Positions 1 through 7,938 of a DNA stretch of 61,465 nt are shown here, piece after piece; within the stretch, counting starts at the first letter, position 1; the number at the start of each line of letters is the position of its first letter. Position numbers and translations under genes: made by a program. Origin of the DNA: an uncultured Verrucomicrobiota bacterium. GTDB lineage: Bacteria; Verrucomicrobiota; Kiritimatiellia; RFP12; UBA3636. The DNA is taken from NCBI GenBank assembly GCA_949285835.1, contig CASEAR010000099.1, positions 1-61,465 of the forward strand, read 5' to 3'. The notes below the pieces were generated by a model that was given only the letters and a program-made list of their open reading frames with translations, was not told where the DNA came from and did not search any database.

Positions 1-524
1 TTCAGCCGCCGCAGAATTCCGTCCATTGTACTCGCTTTTTCACCGTACTTCCTCCCGTAAGAGGAAAACTCGAAATCATGATCTGCATACTGTTTTATCT
101 TCTCCGCCGTTTTGTCGAGAATCATCGAGGCGGAAATTTCGGGAGTGATTTTGACGCCCGGCAGCACCGGTTCCCTGCGGCCGCGCTTCCCCGGATGCGC
201 ATTTTTCTCCGCAACCATGCGGCGGACGTCATTCCCCGCTGCTCCCTGCAGCACACTCACGGCCATAGGGGCGTATTTCGCCAGCATTCCGGCATCCGCA
301 TGGCGGCGGCGCCCGGAGCGGCCCGCAGGCCATGCGGCCGACAGTACATCGCGTACGCACCCTTCGCTGAAAAGGGAAAGCAGTGTCTCCAGTGAGAGAT
401 CGAGCGTCTGCACTTCCTGTCCGTGGGAACGCAGGAAACCGGCTAAAACCGGCACTGACGGATAAGGGGTGTTGGGGTGTGTGAAAATAGGCGTCACCAA
501 CAGTATTTTCTTGTGAACATCCAT
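1..524 (-). CDS. B12-binding-domain radical SAM protein, N-terminal part (gene runs off the left edge of the window)
   Basis: Absent from the ORF track because it has no stop inside the window. My own reverse-complement translation from the ATG at 522-524 gives MDVHKKILLVTPIFTHPNTPYPSVPVLAGFLRSHGQEVQTLDLSLE..., open to position 1. This matches the Rossmann-like N-terminus typical of class B (cobalamin-binding) radical SAM enzymes. Confidence 0.6.
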   Translation of the reverse strand, partial: MDVHKKILLVTPIFTHPNTPYPSVPVLAGFLRSHGQEVQTLDLSLETLLSLFSEGCVRDVLSAAWPAGRSGRRRHADAGMLAKYAPMAVSVLQGAAGNDVRRMVAEKNAHPGKRGRREPVLPGVKITPEISASMILDKTAEKIKQYADHDFEFSSYGRKYGEKASTMDGILRRL

Positions 525-565
525 TGTTCGCTCCATTTCTGGCGGGTACGGCGCGGCGGCGGCTA

Positions 566-2095
566 TTACGAAGACCGCCACACTCCCGAATCGTGTTCCT
601 CCGGGAGGGACGCCGCATCAGAATTTGCCGCACGCGACGGGAAACCCGCATGCGCCCACGTCCTGAAGTCCTTTTCAAGCGCAGAATTCATTTCCCGCAG
701 TTCGTCAGGCCCCGAACATACGGCGCGGAGCGCCTCCGCCACCGCTTTGGGAGAAACAGAATGTACTTTTCCCCGTCTGGCGTACAAATATTCCGCGGCT
801 TCCGACACCGTGGCGAAAACCGACCTGCCGGAGTCCGCCAACAGCCCCTTGACGGCATTGAAGCGGCCTCTGTTGCCTATCATGTTCCAGACGGAAGCAA
901 ATCTGGTGATTTTTCGCATCTCGGCAAACGGAATGTCGGACGTTTCGAGGATTTCGAAAGGCGGATCCGGCGAAAATTTCATTTTAAACGGCTCAATATG
1001 CCGCTTCATTGCGGTTCCGGGAAGCAGTTTGAGAATACCGGCCTGAAGCTCCGCAGGCCGCAGCCCTGCCAGCCGGTCGAATCCGCGTGCAAAACTTTCC
1101 GCAGTTTCACCCGGAAGTCCGGCTATCAGATCGGCGTGAACGTCGGCCTTCGCCGTGCAGGACAGGTAACGAATACAGCTCTCTATCGCGGGCCCGTCGA
1201 GGGGACGCCCCACCCGCGCCGCGACTTCAGAGTCCCATGTCTGCACGCCGACTTCCAGATGCAGAGCTCTCGGCGGGAACGCTTCCAGCCGTTTTCTCCA
1301 CTCCGGAGACGGAAAAGACGGTACGAATTCAAAGTGCAGCGTCATTCCGTCCCGGAAATGCTCAAGAAAAAAGTCCAGAACGGCCAGAGCATGGCTTCCC
1401 TCGCAATTGAAGGACCGGTCCAGAAATTTGAAATGCCGTGCGCCCCTGTTCATCAGCTTGAGGAACTCGGGGAATATCCTTTCAGCGGGGAAATACCGGA
1501 TTTTCCCGCCGGAAGACGAAGAGGAACAGTATTCGCACGAAAACGGGCACCCCCTCGCCGTCTCCGCGTAAACTATGCGCGATGAAATATCGCTGTCCGA
1601 ATAAAGCCCGTACGGCAATCCCGCAGTCGCGAGATCCGCCGGAGGGGCGTTCACTATTTCGGGCCGCTTCGGCGCGCCGTTCCGCCTCCCGGCCAGAACC
1701 CCTCTGACAACGTCCGAAATCACCCCCTCGCCCTCACCCGTCACCACGACGTCGGCAAGGGAGCACAGTTCCGGCTCGCTCTCCGGTTCGCACATCTGCG
1801 GACCGCCGAGCACTATCCCCGTATCCGGAATTATCCTGCGGCAGAGTCTGCACACCGCCGCGACAAAATCGCGGTTCCATATGTAGACAGGGAAAAGGAC
1901 AACGTCAGGCGCGGGAACGGCGATCTTCTCGAACAGCTCCAGCGGAGAAGTGCCGCGCTGCTCGCACTCGACAATCTCCGCGCCCTCGCGCAAATCCGGA
2001 CTCAGCGACGCCGCAAGACACCTCGATGCGACCGAACAGTGAATGTATCCGGCGCCTACTCCCGCAAAAACGAGTCTTGCGGATCTGCCGCTCAT
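566..2095 (-). CDS. B12-binding / radical SAM protein (DUF4080-type architecture)
   Basis: 509-aa ORF. ARGCPFSCEYC is the CxxxCxxC radical SAM cluster motif, preceded by a B12-binding-like N-terminal domain. The start ATG overlaps the nadA stop (ATGA at 2092-2095). Confidence 0.85.
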   Translation of the reverse strand: MSGRSARLVFAGVGAGYIHCSVASRCLAASLSPDLREGAEIVECEQRGTSPLELFEKIAVPAPDVVLFPVYIWNRDFVAAVCRLCRRIIPDTGIVLGGPQMCEPESEPELCSLADVVVTGEGEGVISDVVRGVLAGRRNGAPKRPEIVNAPPADLATAGLPYGLYSDSDISSRIVYAETARGCPFSCEYCSSSSSGGKIRYFPAERIFPEFLKLMNRGARHFKFLDRSFNCEGSHALAVLDFFLEHFRDGMTLHFEFVPSFPSPEWRKRLEAFPPRALHLEVGVQTWDSEVAARVGRPLDGPAIESCIRYLSCTAKADVHADLIAGLPGETAESFARGFDRLAGLRPAELQAGILKLLPGTAMKRHIEPFKMKFSPDPPFEILETSDIPFAEMRKITRFASVWNMIGNRGRFNAVKGLLADSGRSVFATVSEAAEYLYARRGKVHSVSPKAVAEALRAVCSGPDELREMNSALEKDFRTWAHAGFPSRAANSDAASLPEEHDSGVWRSS

Positions 2096-3033
2096 CCCAG
2101 CTCCAGCATGCGCTCTATCGGCACGCGCGCCTTTTCCGCCGTTCCTGCCGGCAGAACGACCTCATACTCATCGAGTTCCAGCGCCCTTAATACGTCCTCC
2201 AGCCTGATCTTCTTCATGTCAGGGCATTCAAGCGGAGGCTCCACCGTGAAGAACTTCTTCCCCGGATTTCCGCTGCGAAGCTTGTGGAGGATTCCGTGCT
2301 CGGTGACGATGACAAACCCGTCTGACTTCGAAGCGGCCGCCCGGGAAATCATGCCGCCAGTGCTCAGCGCTCCGTCCGCGGCGGCCACAACATCCGGCCT
2401 GCATTCCGGATGGATGAGAATCTCGCACCCCGGATGCATCCCGGACGCGGCTTCCACCGCGCACCGCCGCACATCGTCGTGCACCGGGCAAAACCCAGGC
2501 CACAAAGTCATCTTCCGGCCGAGCGCCGCGGCAACGTTCGCGCCGAGGTTCCTGTCCGGCAGGAACAGCACTTCCCTGTCTTCCGGAATCGACGACACCA
2601 CGCGCTCAGCGTTCGCCGACGTGCAGCATATATCTGAAAGCGCCTTGACCGCCGCCGAGGAGTTGACGTACGCCACGATCACCGCGCCCGGATGTTCAGT
2701 GCGCCATCTGGAAAGCGCTTCCGCATCAACCATGTCCGCCATCGGACAGCCCGCAGACTTGACGGGCAGAAGCACCTTCGAGTCCGGAGAAAGCACTTTG
2801 GCCGTCTCGGCCATGAACGATACCCCGCAAAAAACCATCAGCGATGCGCCCGCGTCCCGCGCCTTGATGCTCAGCTGAAGCGAATCGCCGACGAAATCGG
2901 CCGCATCCTGCACTTCAGGCCGTGCATAATTGTGCGCCAGTATCAGCGCGCCGCGGCGCGCCTTCAGTTCCCCGATTTTTTCGGCTGTTGACAATTCCCG
3001 TGTTTCCATAATCCCTCTCTCCGACAGCGTCAT
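2092..3033 (-). CDS. nadA: quinolinate synthase NadA
   Basis: 313-aa ORF. The N-terminus ...IGELKARRGALILAHNYARPEVQDAADFVGDSLQLS... and the overall length are characteristic of NadA. The start ATG overlaps the upstream stop (ATGA at 3030-3033). Confidence 0.9.
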   Translation of the reverse strand: MTLSERGIMETRELSTAEKIGELKARRGALILAHNYARPEVQDAADFVGDSLQLSIKARDAGASLMVFCGVSFMAETAKVLSPDSKVLLPVKSAGCPMADMVDAEALSRWRTEHPGAVIVAYVNSSAAVKALSDICCTSANAERVVSSIPEDREVLFLPDRNLGANVAAALGRKMTLWPGFCPVHDDVRRCAVEAASGMHPGCEILIHPECRPDVVAAADGALSTGGMISRAAASKSDGFVIVTEHGILHKLRSGNPGKKFFTVEPPLECPDMKKIRLEDVLRALELDEYEVVLPAGTAEKARVPIERMLELG

Positions 3034-4181
3034 GAGCCGCGAATTTCAAACTCCGACGCCGTGCCCTGCACCTCAAACCTGTCGCTCATTTTTTCAAGAA
3101 GCGCCTCGCCAGCGCTTCCGCCGTCCGCCGTTATGCGCATCCCGCATACGTTTGACGCCCGCAGAAGGGCGGAACCCGGGGATCTGTCCCGTTCCTGATC
3201 ACGGCGCACACCGCGCATCGAGAGGCTTCCGATGTTTGTTTCCAGGCACATGAGCGGGTTCTCGGTCCTGCATGTGAACCACATTGTAAAATTCTCAAAT
3301 TCGACGTTCTCCACACAGCCTACCCCGCGCGGCCTGTCCTCCCCCCTGAACAGCGGCGTACGGCAGTATCTGGCGGCGTCCATATTCAGAGCGTAGCACC
3401 TTACGCCGGTTTCCATGTTTTTTACCTTTATGCCGCGTATGGGGGAATCCACGCTGCACATCCGCACAGCGGTATGGCAGTCCTCGGCATACACCCCGTC
3501 GACGGAAATATTCTCTATGGGGCCGCGTTCCAAGTCCAGATTTTCGAGTCTTTCCATGGAGTCGTCTGCATTGAACGCAAGCATATCGTCGTTCGTCTGC
3601 CCTTTGCTGATCGCACGGACGTTTGCCACGGTTCCGTTTTTCACGAAACCTCCGAAGTGAAGTCCGTCCTGATTGAACGCCTTTTCCTTGCTGTAAAACG
3701 AGATGTCGGAAATATGAAAATCTGAAATGCGGCACATCCTGATGTTGTACGTCACGGAATTTGCCAGCACCATGCTTTCAAGCCGCAGATTTCTGACGTT
3801 GTAAAAATCCACCGTAGTGCCGGACCACGCATTCTTGTTGAACAGGTCGGGATCCTTGGTGTTGCACCGCCCGGAATTATTTCCATCCCAGATGCCACCG
3901 AATATCGAAATATCCGAGTCTCCGCCGAAATGATCACGGTTTGTAATCAGAAAATCCCCCCTTTGCTTTTTCGTGTCGCCGCACAAAAAAAGCCGCGCCG
4001 CACAATCAGCCTCGATCCTCGTCCCCGAAGATATCTTCAGCGTAGATGCGACCCTGTAATCCCCCGCCGGGATCACAAGCACCCCGCCGCCGGAAGCACA
4101 CGAATCCAACGCCCTCTGCAAGGCCGGCGAATCGTCAGTCGAACCATTGCCCACAGCTCCAAAGTCTTTTACATTCAGCAT
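3030..4181 (-). CDS. pectate-lyase-superfamily right-handed beta-helix protein (GH28 / Pectate_lyase_3-like), no signal peptide
   Basis: Start trimmed to the internal Met (MLNVKDFGAVGNGSTDDSPALQRALDSCASGGGVLVIPAGDY...), which is the classic N-terminal motif of this superfamily. The Arg-rich 29 aa upstream in the track ORF look non-coding. Confidence 0.7.
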   Translation of the reverse strand: MLNVKDFGAVGNGSTDDSPALQRALDSCASGGGVLVIPAGDYRVASTLKISSGTRIEADCAARLFLCGDTKKQRGDFLITNRDHFGGDSDISIFGGIWDGNNSGRCNTKDPDLFNKNAWSGTTVDFYNVRNLRLESMVLANSVTYNIRMCRISDFHISDISFYSKEKAFNQDGLHFGGFVKNGTVANVRAISKGQTNDDMLAFNADDSMERLENLDLERGPIENISVDGVYAEDCHTAVRMCSVDSPIRGIKVKNMETGVRCYALNMDAARYCRTPLFRGEDRPRGVGCVENVEFENFTMWFTCRTENPLMCLETNIGSLSMRGVRRDQERDRSPGSALLRASNVCGMRITADGGSAGEALLEKMSDRFEVQGTASEFEIRGS

Positions 4182-4236
4182 AAGTCTCCTATGTTTTCGA
4201 AAAATAAAACCGCGCCGTCTCCGGGACTTCCGCACG

Positions 4237-4971
4237 TCATTCCAGTTTCTCCACGGAGAGCCCCTCAAATCCGAGCAAAAAATGAATGAGCCTGTCGTTC
4301 GAATACTTGACGTCGGAAATTCCTATCGTTATGGACATCCTGATGTAGCCGCCATGCGCCGGCGCACCGCTTTCTCCGGACACCTCCGTGGAAAAGGCCG
4401 TTATGGACATCCCTTCCGCACGCAGGCCGTCCACCACCGCCCTGAAAACATCCCGGTTCCGGGCGCCGATCACGACACTCGCTTCTCGCGTAATATGCCC
4501 GAATGTTACGGGCAGCACTACGACAAGTTCAAAGCCGATCAGGATCATGACCGCAGCCGCTGCCGCGAGAGAGTACATGCCGCCCCCAACGGCCACTCCA
4601 ACAGCGGAAGTCGCCCACAGCCCCGCAGCCGTAGTCAAACCCGATACAAACCGCCGGTGCAGTATGATCGTCCCCGCGCCAATGAAACCGATTCCCGTGA
4701 CGATCTGCGCAGCCACCCGCGAAGCGTCCGAATTAAGAGGCAGTTCATTAACGGGAATTCCGTAAAGCCCGGAAATGTCTAAAAGCCCCCCCACGAAACC
4801 GAACTGCGAGACTATCATGAAAAGCGCGCTGCCGAGACTCACAAGAAAATGAGTCCTCATCCCGGCCTCTTTAGCCCTGTATTCGCGCTCCAGACCGATA
4901 ATGCCGCCGAGAAACGCAGCCAGAGCCAAACGCAGGATCAGCTCCGCCGACAGTCCTGTAAGAGCGTGCAT
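4237..4971 (-). CDS. MgtC/SapB family membrane protein with a soluble C-terminal domain
   Basis: LRLALAAFLGGIIGLEREYRAKEAGMRTHFLVSLGSALFMIVS is the MgtC-family signature. Start trimmed to MHALTGLS... at 4969-4971, which overlaps the ribokinase stop as ATGA. Confidence 0.8.
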   Translation of the reverse strand: MHALTGLSAELILRLALAAFLGGIIGLEREYRAKEAGMRTHFLVSLGSALFMIVSQFGFVGGLLDISGLYGIPVNELPLNSDASRVAAQIVTGIGFIGAGTIILHRRFVSGLTTAAGLWATSAVGVAVGGGMYSLAAAAAVMILIGFELVVVLPVTFGHITREASVVIGARNRDVFRAVVDGLRAEGMSITAFSTEVSGESGAPAHGGYIRMSITIGISDVKYSNDRLIHFLLGFEGLSVEKLE

Positions 4972-5882
4972 CACCTCATTCCTCCCCCGCCCGCCATAAA
5001 GCGCCGCACTTCTTCTTCCGACGGCACCGACGGCGCCGCGCCGCGCCGCGTCACGCACAGCGCAGCCGCCGCATTCGCAAAACCAAGCGCCTCATCCAGA
5101 CCGGCTCCCGACGATACCGCCGCCAGGAAATACCCGGTGAACGTGTCGCCCGCGGCAGTGGTGTCCACAACGCCGACACGAACCGCCGGCCGCGCATACC
5201 TCTCCCCGCCGGCAAACACTTCCGCACCGTCTCCGCCGCGCGTCACCACGCACACCGCCGCCGGAAACATACCGGCAAGAACCTCAGACGCACGGCCGGC
5301 GTCCACATCCCCGAGACCCGCCAGAGCAGATGCCTCCGTCTCGTTCACAAAGAACATGTCAATCAGCTCCAGCGGCCATTCAAAGACGCGGCCGTTCATC
5401 GGCGCAGGGTTCACAGCGACACGCATGCCGCGGCGCTTAGCCTCGCTTATGGCGAACCCGGCGCACGACGTCTCGTTCTGCGTCAGAAACCAGTCGCCCG
5501 GTTCCGCACCCTCAAGCGCGGTACACACATACGGCTCCGTTACAGAAGCATTTGCTCCTGCGCACACAATGATCCCGTTTTGGCCGGATTCGTCCACCTG
5601 TATCACAGCATGCCCGGTGCATAACCCGCCCGCCTCGGTCAAGAAGTCCACATTAACCCCGATCCCGGCCAGACGCCGCCGCAATTCCTCCCCGTCTCCG
5701 CCTATCCTGCCAATGTGGCACACCTCCGCCCCGGCCAGACGCAGCGCAAAACTCTGATTGTACCCCTTGCCGCCGGCAAAATCCTCGACGCCAGAACAGG
5801 ATACTGTTTCCCCGGGCGCGACAAAATGCGGCATCCGGTACACATGATCGATGTTTACTGACCCCAGATTGTATATTTTCAT
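4971..5882 (-). CDS. rbsK: ribokinase (PfkB family sugar kinase)
   Basis: Start trimmed to MKIYNLGSVNIDHVY... (ATG at 5880-5882). GGKGYNQSFALRLAG and VVDTTAAGDTFTGYF match the two PfkB/ribokinase signatures. Exact sugar specificity is not proven. Confidence 0.75.
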   Translation of the reverse strand: MKIYNLGSVNIDHVYRMPHFVAPGETVSCSGVEDFAGGKGYNQSFALRLAGAEVCHIGRIGGDGEELRRRLAGIGVNVDFLTEAGGLCTGHAVIQVDESGQNGIIVCAGANASVTEPYVCTALEGAEPGDWFLTQNETSCAGFAISEAKRRGMRVAVNPAPMNGRVFEWPLELIDMFFVNETEASALAGLGDVDAGRASEVLAGMFPAAVCVVTRGGDGAEVFAGGERYARPAVRVGVVDTTAAGDTFTGYFLAAVSSGAGLDEALGFANAAAALCVTRRGAAPSVPSEEEVRRFMAGGGGMR

Positions 5883-5939
5883 AATCCACCCCGACAAGAA
5901 CACCGCAACCGGCCCGCAAAGCACAGGCCAACCTGCGTC

Positions 5940-5968
5940 AGAATAGTATAAAACCTGACTATTTTCAA
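5940..5968 (-). promoter_or_regulatory. possible sigma70-like promoter of the ribokinase operon (TTGAAA-N17-TATTCT on the minus strand)
   Basis: Reverse complement of 5963-5968 is TTGAAA and of 5940-5945 is TATTCT, with a 17-nt spacer, about 60-85 nt upstream of the ribokinase ATG. Pattern match only; promoter rules in this lineage are unknown. Confidence 0.3.
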
Positions 5969-6046
5969 CAGCTTTAATCGACGCGGCGCGGTGATTCACT
6001 CCCGAATGAAACCCTTCGGTGTCTTTCTGTTTGACGCAGCGCGCAA

Positions 6047-6061
6047 TGCGTCCGCTTATTG
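6047..6061. repeat. 15-nt direct repeat TGCGTCCGCTTATTG, left copy (right copy at 6488-6502; 13-nt copy at 6468-6480)
   Basis: Exact string match read directly from the sequence. The copies bracket repeat-family copy 1. Confidence 0.9.
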
Positions 6062-6142
6062 AATGCTGCAGAACGCAGCGTCCATGCCCGCAGGAAGAAT
6101 TACAGACATGAAAAGGAACGCCCCAAAGAGCCGCATTCCCAT
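6056..6142 (-). CDS. candidate micro-ORF in repeat copy 1: MGMRLFGAFLFMSVILPAGMDAAFCSIQ (28 aa, hydrophobic)
   Basis: The frame is conserved with the copy 2 and copy 3 micro-ORFs, with a few synonymous differences (TTT/TTC, ATC/ATT, GGT/GGC). There is no clear Shine-Dalgarno. The C-terminal tail is not conserved and reads into the flanking direct repeat. Confidence 0.35.
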   Translation of the reverse strand: MGMRLFGAFLFMSVILPAGMDAAFCSIQ

Positions 6143-6390
6143 TGCCGCCATGCAGGCAGATACATTTTCCGTAAAAAGTGACGTCTCGCTTTCCGGTGAA
6201 ATGGAGCACTCAACACAATCCACGCAGAAAGGAACACGCATAAGGGAAACATCATGGAAAGCAGAAAGAAAACATCACGGGAGGTTGCTCCAGACATTCT
6301 CATCCTCGTGCCCATCTTGAATTGAAGACCGCGAACGCAAACGTCCGGGAAAGACATGGCATAACTGGCTCAGGACGAAGCCCGGCAGCA
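6062..6390 (-). repeat. intergenic repeat family, copy 1 (core about 6067-6165, plus an extended arm shared with copy 3)
   Basis: By-eye alignment to 43167-43285 and 49959-50225. Shared blocks include CATGAAAAGRAACRCCCMAAAGAG, GCATYCSCATTGC, AATCCACGCAGAA (6217-6229 vs 50108-50120), CATTCTCATCC, TTGAAGACCGC and GGCTCAGGACRAAGC. Confidence 0.8.
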
Positions 6391-6607
6391 TTTCCATCCT
6401 GTCCTCATCGCAGCGGCATGCGGCATGGCTTCATGAAAGCTGTTGCATTTAACTTGTAATTCGCCTGTGCGTCCGCTTATCGTCCCTTGCGTCCGCTTAT
6501 TGTGTTGATTAAGAACAACGCTTCGCGCTATAATTGACGCAAATAGAGCTGTTTTGTTTTTTTGTGTGCAAATCCGTTTGTTTCGGCTGCTTTTCGGGGA
6601 TATATCG

Positions 6608-7900
6608 ATGAACGTCAACGAGTTTTTCAAAAAACACAATTTTTCACAGAATGTCTGCGCAGATGAGATGCTGGCGGAATTTGACCGCCAGATGGATCTG
6701 GGGCTGTCCGCCGCAGGCGGATCTCTCAAGATGATCCCAGCATATATCGACGCAGACCGCGCGGTGCCCACGAATACTCCGATAATTGTCCTCGACGCTG
6801 GCGGCACGAATCTGCGCGTCGCGGTACTGTGGTTCGACAGCTGCGGCAAGGTGCGCATGGAAGATTTCAAAAAACATCCGATGCCGGGAACCGGAAGCGA
6901 GGAACTTGACGAAGACTCCTTCTACAACGCATTTGCAGAATTTCTTGTGCCGGTCTGCAGGCGTTCTGCAAACGTCGGCTTCTGCTTCTCTTACCCCACG
7001 GAAATCACACCGGATCTCGATGGCCGCCTGCTCCACTGGACCAAGCAGGTCAAAGCCCCTGGCGTCGTTGGCAAGATGGTGGGCGCAGGAATTTCAAGGG
7101 CTCTGGAAAGGATCAACGGCATAAAACTCTCAGTGAAGGTGCTCAACGACACCGTCGCCACACTTCTGGCCGGCAAGAGCGCCGGACTGTCAAGACGCTA
7201 TTCCGGATACGTGGGGTTCATCCTTGGCACAGGCACCAACATCGCGTACATAGAGGACAACGCAGCCGTGAAAAAGGTGCCGGGACTCGACCCTTCCAGA
7301 AAAATGGTAATCAACGTCGAATCCGGCAATTTCGACGGGGCTCCGGCTTCCGATTTCGACAAAGCCTTTGATGCATCGACGCAGGATCCCGGCGTGGGGC
7401 TGTTCGAAAAAATGATATCCGGCGCATATATGGGCGGAGTTGGGATGCAGATGCTGAAGATGGCCGCTCAAGACGGCCTCTTCTCCAAACCCGCTGCGGA
7501 CGCCATGCTCAAACTCGAGAACCTTGAAACAAAAGACTTTGACAATTTCGTCGCCAATCCCTTTGTCGCAGACGGCATGTTCGAAAATATGCCGCTCACG
7601 GACGACGACCGCCGCACGGCAATGGCCGTGGGAGAGCCGCTCTTCGTCAGAGCGGCCGGCCTGACGGCCGTAAACATCGCAGCCGCCGTGATCAGATCCA
7701 AAACCGGGACGGATCCGCTGCATCCGGTGTGCGTCACGGTGGACGGTTCGACGTATTACAAGACGCGCTCCGCGTTCTTCAAGTCGCGCGTGGAGGAAAA
7801 ACTGCGCGAAATTCTCGGTTCACGCGGCATCTGCTTCGACATAATAAGCGTGGACGACGCGCCGATGGTCGGCTCCGGCGTGGCCGGACTGATTTCGTAA
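6608..7900 (+). CDS. hexokinase (eukaryote-type hexokinase fold)
   Basis: Start trimmed to MNVNEFFKKHNF. VLDAGGTNLRVAVL, GFCFSYP, LNDTVATLLA, GFILGTGTNIAY and VTVDGSTY line up with the conserved hexokinase_1/_2 motifs. Confidence 0.85.
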   Translation: MNVNEFFKKHNFSQNVCADEMLAEFDRQMDLGLSAAGGSLKMIPAYIDADRAVPTNTPIIVLDAGGTNLRVAVLWFDSCGKVRMEDFKKHPMPGTGSEELDEDSFYNAFAEFLVPVCRRSANVGFCFSYPTEITPDLDGRLLHWTKQVKAPGVVGKMVGAGISRALERINGIKLSVKVLNDTVATLLAGKSAGLSRRYSGYVGFILGTGTNIAYIEDNAAVKKVPGLDPSRKMVINVESGNFDGAPASDFDKAFDASTQDPGVGLFEKMISGAYMGGVGMQMLKMAAQDGLFSKPAADAMLKLENLETKDFDNFVANPFVADGMFENMPLTDDDRRTAMAVGEPLFVRAAGLTAVNIAAAVIRSKTGTDPLHPVCVTVDGSTYYKTRSAFFKSRVEEKLREILGSRGICFDIISVDDAPMVGSGVAGLIS

Positions 7901-7938
7901 CATCACAAGCTACCGCACAAACACTACCGGGATCTCGT

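Noticed and set aside
78-678. Track ORFs 78-395(+), 112-465(+) and 229-678(-).
   Set aside because: They are Arg/Pro/Ala-rich and low in complexity, and all overlap the much more protein-like minus-strand frame that starts at 524 (a B12-radical-SAM N-terminus). They are typical GC-rich shadow ORFs.
524-2878. Long plus-strand ORFs 524-1585 (353 aa) and 2039-2878 (279 aa).
   Set aside because: They are antisense to the radical SAM and nadA genes, which carry unmistakable motifs. Their composition is Arg/Ser/Pro-biased, with no motifs.
4147-4782. Plus-strand ORFs 4147-4782 (211 aa) and 4388-4765 (125 aa).
   Set aside because: They are antisense shadows of the MgtC-family gene.
6063-6320. Plus-strand ORFs inside the repeat family: 6063-6320, 43121-43369, and an unlisted 57-aa ORF from 50000, all starting MKRNAQKRCIPIA with an AAGGA-like sequence upstream.
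   Set aside because: Only the first 16 or so codons are conserved. Between copies 1 and 3 the shared nucleotide blocks fall in different frames (for example AATCCACGCAGAA), so the conservation is not at the protein level on this strand. The AAGGA is the complement of the conserved Leu/Ile codons of the minus-strand micro-ORF.
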